From: Chrysomallon squamiferum
Taxonomy: Eukaryota; Animalia; Mollusca
Reading direction: 5' to 3'
Assembly (NCBI GenBank): GCA_012295275.1
Contig: CM022670.1
Coordinates: 32,054,001-32,118,000, forward strand
DNA length: 64,000 nucleotides
Shown: positions 57,301 to 64,000 of the stretch, one piece after another
How the letters are laid out: every line of letters starts with the position of its first letter
Position numbering within the stretch: position 1 is the stretch's first letter
Program-made: the position numbers and the translations under genes
Notes under the pieces: model-generated
The model's database searches: none
What the model was told of the DNA's origin: nothing
Seen by the model: only the letters and a program-made list of their open reading frames with translations

Positions 57301-58379
57301 AAACTTTGGCACCAGCTGCAGTTATTTTATCTTCTCTTTTTAATACATTTTTACTCTCTCATTTATCATTTCACTTTTGTACAATACAAAACAAAAATAC
57401 TAAAGAAAAAAAATTATATATGTATATAAAAACAACTAAAAAACTAAATTCTATTTACTACAGTAGTAAAAAGTCAGGACACTGATCTATTGTCAATGTG
57501 TATGACTGCAAAATCTGTAGAGAATCAACATACGTATTTATTTAAAATTAATTAACTGTTTTAGAGACAAAATACACTTACTCTCTTATATTAACAGCTT
57601 CTCAGTTTGAAAAATGGAATTAGTACAGTTTTATTAATTTTCTATTAAAACTTTAGACAATTTTTTTTTTATTATTATTATTTTTTAAAACATGAATAAC
57701 TAGATTCTAATGACTTTCTATTTCAAGCGATTGAAGCCAAATTTTAAGATTTTTTTTTATATACATATTCATAATTTGTCTTTGTGAATGTAATATAAAT
57801 ATAATAAACTGATTTTCAAGACATTAAATATAATAAAATGCTTTGATAATAGGTAAATAACTAGAATTTAATCATTATTACTTTTTATTTTTTCAAAACT
57901 GTTACACTTGATACATGTTATTAAAACATACACACATACACACACACACAAACACACAAAACATCTTATAAAGTTATAGAAGATTATACCTAGTAAACTG
58001 TACTTGAATTTAAATTATTAAATTTTAATAGAACTGTTCTATTATTATAGTTGGCAGACATATAAAAAGATTTGTAATGGAAATCGTAAATGCCTGAGTA
58101 GTATACTTTGTGTGTTGATCAAATGAGAAGTGAAGCCATAAGCTGAAGAAAGCTGTACCAGACAGCAGCACATGGATGCAAACTAAGTGAAAAGAAAAAT
58201 TCATATTACTTTTCTAATAAAGAGCACATGCTGCAACATCTGGCAAACAAGGGAAGTTCACTGACACATGGTTTGCTCTTTCAACACACACACTCGGAAA
58301 ACCTTTACCATCCTTGTGACAATGCACATTTTCTGCTTTCCAGCAAACTGTTTTGTGAGTTAGTCAAGGATAAACAATA

Positions 58380-58416
<37 letters not shown>

Positions 58417-60109
58417 AAAACACCAAAAAAAACAAACAAATAAAAGTTTTTTGTACTTTAAAGTTTAAAATATAATTAAATGTCAAATTTAAACTATTAA
58501 TAGCAATTACATTTGTTTCCCATTTTATTTGTCTTATATATCCCATTCTTTAATTATTTGTTGTTGTTTATTTTCATATTTTTTTTTTTTTTTTTTTTTT
58601 TTTAAAGTTTGAGCATAATGCTATAATTTGACGAAAATCAAATAAAAGTTACAAATGCATTTGAGATAATGACCTAAATAAAATATTTCATTACATTTTC
58701 CTGTTATTCAGGAAAAATATTCTAATAAAATTTAAATGTAAAAGCATTGATATATGAAAAAACAACCCTTTATCAATAAAGATTTCCATTAATTTTTAAA
58801 ACATTTTTTAAAGTAATTGCCTTAGAAAATCAGACAAACAAACCCATTTATTAGGTCTGTAACAATTTTTCTGAAAAACACTTAATGAAATCATTTCACT
58901 TTAGTTGAGATAACAACTACTTAAAGAAGTCTAAATTCATGGAATTCAGAATCGTACATGCTCTTCAATATGACAGGCAAATAACTCTAACCGAGATATC
59001 AGTCTTGGAACACCAAACAGACACATTGTAACACTGCAGTAAAATACCAATGGCATTTCTTGAATATCCGATTAACCCACCAGTGAACTCTTGTACAACT
59101 TGTTCAGTTCTATATTAGTTCTAAAATCAATAAAGTATTATTTTCACCGACATATTTTTTCATTATGTCTGAGCTTTGCAATATATAACAGTTGTAGTAG
59201 CTGTATTAATTATAAATGATTAATAAGATAATTGCAAAAAAAATATATATATATATATAAAACGTAGCAGTATATAAAGAGTATAATTGTAATTAATTTA
59301 ACAATTACAAGATACATTATTTCAAATGGGATTAATGAATGTGACTGTCTCTATGAAACAGCTGTATCGGTGTTACACCAAGAGTAACAAATAAGTACCG
59401 ATAACTGCAATGTAGCGAAGAACCAATACCTGGAAAACACGAATGTTCTCCCCTGAACGCCACATCTCGATAATCAGGATTCAGTGCAAACTGCCATGCA
59501 CGATTCAGTCAATCTACGACATGCACCAAAAGACTGAGACTCCGTGGAAGTATCAAATGATTATTGAACTCATGCTAAAGCATTTTGCTTTACAATTTGT
59601 TATCTACATATGTATGAATCACATGTGTTACAAGCTATTTTATCCGCTTTGTTGGAAAGAACTTTGTCATTTATTTTCTTTTAAAAGTAACATCCATAAA
59701 AAGCTTCTTTTTTATAATTACAGATATATAATTGAAGCAATAACTCTACAACTATTAAGATTACTGAGGGAAAATCTTTGTAAATCTTATGACATAAAAC
59801 CAGCACCAGTGATTACCAGCACCTCATACCCTCAGATATGGAAGCATCGTTTATGACTTCAGAAACCTACTGTACCTTCTCCTGAGAATAATGAGTGAAA
59901 ATTCAGAATTTTATTTTATTATGCACTCAAAATTTCTTTCAGCCATTTTTTTCACATAAGAGTTCACTCTTATGCAAGCTTTCTTACAGAAAACTTACTC
60001 AGGAACTGATAACATAAACAGTGATATCTAATACACTAGCCAGGTGCTTTTTAACATCATAGTAATTTTATACATCTTTAAGCTAGATAGAGTGCTTCAA
60101 CAATTTCAG

Positions 60110-60155
60110 GGGAGGGAGAGAGAGAGATGTAGAGAGAGAGAGAAAAGACAGAGAC

Positions 60156-60194
<39 letters not shown>
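60110..60194. repeat. Interrupted (GA)n microsatellite
   Basis: Directly visible. Confidence 0.95.
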
Positions 60195-60197
<3 letters not shown>

Positions 60198-61291
60198 AAA
60201 AGTAAAAATCTACAACACAGATAAAAAAATGGAATATTTAAAGTAATGAAATTGTTTTACGTCTTATCAATATCATACTTAGAAAATGAAATCAAGAAAC
60301 AAAAATTATGAATAATGATTGAATAACTTTGTCTTGAAGAAATACAGTTTTAACATTGCAATTTAATAATTGTTTATGTCCTATGTAATCAGTGAATTAT
60401 CTTAGTTCTAATCTTTTTAAACATTTTCCTTCTCATATAAGTGGCATAGTTTCATAAACATTCACAGCATGAATGAAAGATCTTAGCTTCTTTTATTTCA
60501 TATGCCTTAAAGATATGAATTAAAATACATATATCTTTCAATATCACTGTATTGTTTAAACATTATAAAGTATATAATTTAATTTGCATAAACAAACACA
60601 CATCCATGCACATGCACACGCACATGCATGCACGGACACACACACACACCAGTTCCCATGTCCAGAAGCATAATAATATATATATAAAACTATAAAATAA
60701 AGATTAGAGTATAGTGAGACTTCTAAAGATGGTGCCAGAAGAAAGCAGCTGAGTGAGTCAGGCCTTATCATCAACAGAAGGGTCGTGTAACACATGTAAC
60801 ATGTGCTAATAATTACTTTTAAAGGGAAGAAGACTTGGGTCACTAATCCGCCTACATAAAAACATCCCAATCTTATCTCAGCTAAATTTCACAATGTCAT
60901 GGAAAAAGCAAAAATGGCATGAGTCAGAGATGACAGTAACATGTATAGATAAAATTAATATAAATACGTATTTAATGTATCTGCAGCCACGAGTGAAAAT
61001 ACATTCAAAATTAGACAGAGTTCCTCTTTTATACTAGGGTGTATCAAATGTAATGGTATGTACTATCCTGTTACAGGAATCACTCAAAACAAATTACTTG
61101 CATTCTGTTATAATTTTAAAAAGTTATATATTTTGTATTTTAGGAAAGATATTATTAATAACTCTTATTATCAATGTAACCCTGCTTTCTTTTAAAGATG
61201 TTTTGAATTTGATCAGAATCCCATCATCAATTACATCATATACAATGAGGGCCAGCTTGAAATAAAGAACTAAATTTTAAAGCTTAAATAC

Positions 61292-61345
61292 CTTTTCCAT
61301 ATTTATATTCCTTCCAAGCTGGTTTTATTTGTGGAGTATTGAAGT
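61292..61345 (-). CDS. Candidate 54-nt symmetric (phase 1-1) coding exon: (x)FNTPQIKPAWKEYKYGK
   Basis: Minus strand: strong polypyrimidine acceptor ttttttcttttcctttttcag|AC and donor AAG|gtattt; length divisible by 3; only one of three frames is open. No homology recognised. Confidence 0.55.
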
Positions 61346-61527
61346 CTGAAAAAGGAAAAGAAAAAATATACATTAAATGAAAGCTGATAAAAACCACACC
61401 TACTGTCAGGTAAAAAGAATGAAATTTTTAAAATATTTTTTTTAAAACAGAAAAAAAGACATGAATATTAAATGGGTACTGGCCTTAAGACATGAAAGAT
61501 CTCTAATTTAAATAAATTCAAAATTAT

Positions 61528-61740
61528 GAAGGAAAGAAGAAATGTTTTATGTAAATGTAAAGACACTCAATACATTTTTAATCTACAATTATATGGGAAC
61601 ATTAATTTTAAACATGTACAAGGTCCTTGGAGATATATAGTTAATCTGCTACAACCACAGGATATGCTACTCTTATTTCCAAAGAAAGGAAAGCATGTAC
61701 CCTAGTGGAACTGTAACAAGGCACTGGCTGAGACAGAAAA
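61528..61740 (-). mobile_element. Decayed SINE copy (3' tail toward 61528)
   Basis: gaaagaagaaatgttttat...gacactcaatacatttt...tgctactctt...gcactggctg; the last two motifs match the 50100-50262 copy. Confidence 0.45.
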
Positions 61741-64000
61741 TTAAATTAAGAAAGACATCTATCTGCCTGACCAAGAAAAAAAAAAAAAAGGAGGATATCC
61801 ACAATTTTCAGTTAGCAAACAGAAACAATCAAAACTGGTCACAAAAATATAATAATAATTACATTAATCAATGAATATATTAATAGGAATGGTGCAATAA
61901 TGGTGAAATTAATTTTTTTCTAAGATACGAATAACCAAATATATATAATTATGTATGTTTATGTATTTTCAAGTCTGAACAATGGCTGAACAATCAATAG
62001 GAAAGCACGTACCTTTTCTGTAATAAAGAGATTATCTGAAACAGGATATTATGTGAAGGTACAATGTAACTAAAAAACAATACCAGTGACCTAGAACTTA
62101 TTGTACAGAATGGAAGCAAATCAAAATAATGATACAGATCTGAGATCAAAAACATCTTCATAGATGGATGTGCACACTAAAGAGCATTTGAGTATAATTT
62201 GTGAAACAATCTAAATGAAGACATTAAAAATCTTACAGTGAAAATCTTGGAATTTATAACAGCAACTATATTGAAATAATCAACATTAAGGACACACTTT
62301 AGTGGTTTGTTTTTGTTTTTTGTACAGCAAATCCTGTAAGCCCTATGGACATTAATGTAACCTAAAGTTCAAGGTGTTTTTTTTCTGCTAGTCAATAGAA
62401 TCAGCAGAGCAGAGAGAAAGTGTGGGAAAAAAACGGAATAGAATTCCTGGCAATATTTACAGCAGATGGAAGAAATGGCCAGTGGCAATGTTTATATACC
62501 TTAACAAAATTAGGCTGGTCAATTGTTAAAACATGACCCCAAGCCAAAGCATTCCATGGGGATGTGGTCCTTCTGAAAGGGTCATCAATGGTCAACATTA
62601 AAGACCATCCTTTATTTTAATTGCATGAGAACTAGGTTTCCAGGTCCATGTCAGTCTTTGAAACCATAATTTAGAATAACCCTCAAAGCAGAACCAATGT
62701 TCAATAGTACTTCAGACAGTATGTTTAGAATCTGATGCAGACTCTTTCAAATGTGGTAGTAATGTAAAATAAACCCAGCATTTTCCAGAATGTTTATTTT
62801 GCATACCTTCTGCCTTTAAAATACAAAACAAAGCTCAGTTCAGCCTTTAGAATAATGAATGTAATTAGTGTAACACTAAATTAGTTTTAAACAGATCAAA
62901 AGCAAAGTTTGCATTAAGAATATATAGGATTAGCTTTAATAAACCATTGATTCATTAGTTTATTTTCAAGTTTCAAGGCCAAAATCATAGGTCTTGTATA
63001 AATGAAAGTGGAGTTAATTAAAAATTGTTTGCTGGAATTAAGGAATGCTAATGGAAAAGAAATGAAAATAAGAGAATTTTTTTTATTATTATTTCGTAGA
63101 AAACAAGAAATCAAATGGAATTTTCTGTAAAACTCAGCACTTCATTAATTAGCACATGTAATGTTTAAGGTATAAGGTATTACATAAAAATAAAAAGCTT
63201 TGTCAAAAACTTAATATCATATTATGCTTAGTTTATGAAAAAAAATATTTAATAATAATAATAATATAATAGCAATCTTAATACTAAAAGTAAGCATCTT
63301 ATTTTACTATATTCTTCATAAAGATTAAAATGTGAACAAAGAAACAAAATCAACATTTTGTTTCAAACTGTTGACAAACCAATCTTCTTACAGAGTCAAA
63401 CATTATCTGAAGATGAAATCTCTGATTACCTTATTGAGTCAGTGATGCAAAACTTCACGAATGGATGGCCAATACACTACATTTCTTTTGTTTTATACAC
63501 CAGGGATTTCAGTAATAAAATCATAGTTAGGTAACCAAGTCAAACATGTTCAAATCCTGAGGGTTTTTTCTATTAAAAAATATCCCCAAAAATTACTTAA
63601 TAATTAATAACATTTATTTGTAATTCTTGATCAAAGTATTATATATTAACCAAAAGAATAACATTAATAAATTTGAAAAAATAAAAAAAAATAAAAATTT
63701 AAAATTATTTTTAAAACAAATTAAATAATTTTTAATTTTTTTTTTTTTTTTTTTTTTTTTTTACCAAACTCTACTTTTATTCTTCATAAAATTTAAGAAT
63801 TCTTTTTTGCAATGTCAGATTTTACATAGATGAAAACAATTTCTGAAAAGTTTCTGCTGTATCAACAGTTTCACTTTGCATTATTATCTGTGTGCCAGCT
63901 CTCTGCTAACATGACAACAGTAGACCTGGTTTTTGTACATCTATTCTCAGCCAGACTATTTATGTGGCAAGGTAAACAGTGATAAATTTTCCTTCCCTTT

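Noticed and set aside
61401-61414. 14-nt match to miR-8 (tactgtcaggtaaa)
   Set aside because: Lacks the 5' seed start and the 3' end, and no hairpin partner is visible.
62500-62572. Possible 73-nt minus-strand exon (RTTSPWNALAWGHVLTIDQPNFVK)
   Set aside because: Weak splice sites, and it ends in phase 0, which would put a stop in the 61292-61345 exon.

Overview
AT-rich, microsatellite-dense animal (metazoan) genomic DNA. Decayed tRNA-derived SINE remnants resemble, from memory only, repeats of gastropod molluscs; this is not verified. There are no prokaryotic genes, rRNA, intact tRNA or CRISPR arrays, and no ORF-track entry resembles a protein I recognise (many are microsatellite artefacts). 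The window splits into a CpG-rich, apparently non-coding domain (1 to ~45.2 kb) and a strongly CpG-depleted domain (~45.2-64 kb). The second domain looks like a methylated gene body and holds two phase-compatible candidate minus-strand exons (61292-61345 and 47181-47272) of an unidentified gene that seems to end near the CpG boundary. Across both domains, 200-500 bp higher-complexity islands rich in TGACA/TGTCA and TAAT motifs alternate with AT-rich or microsatellite spacers at roughly 1 kb spacing (judged by eye). Also present: a young 79-bp (CT)n-tailed element in two inverted copies, a degenerate ~160-190 bp satellite bracketed by ~210-bp direct repeats, two minisatellites, hairpins and several motif clusters. 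All counts are manual and approximate.
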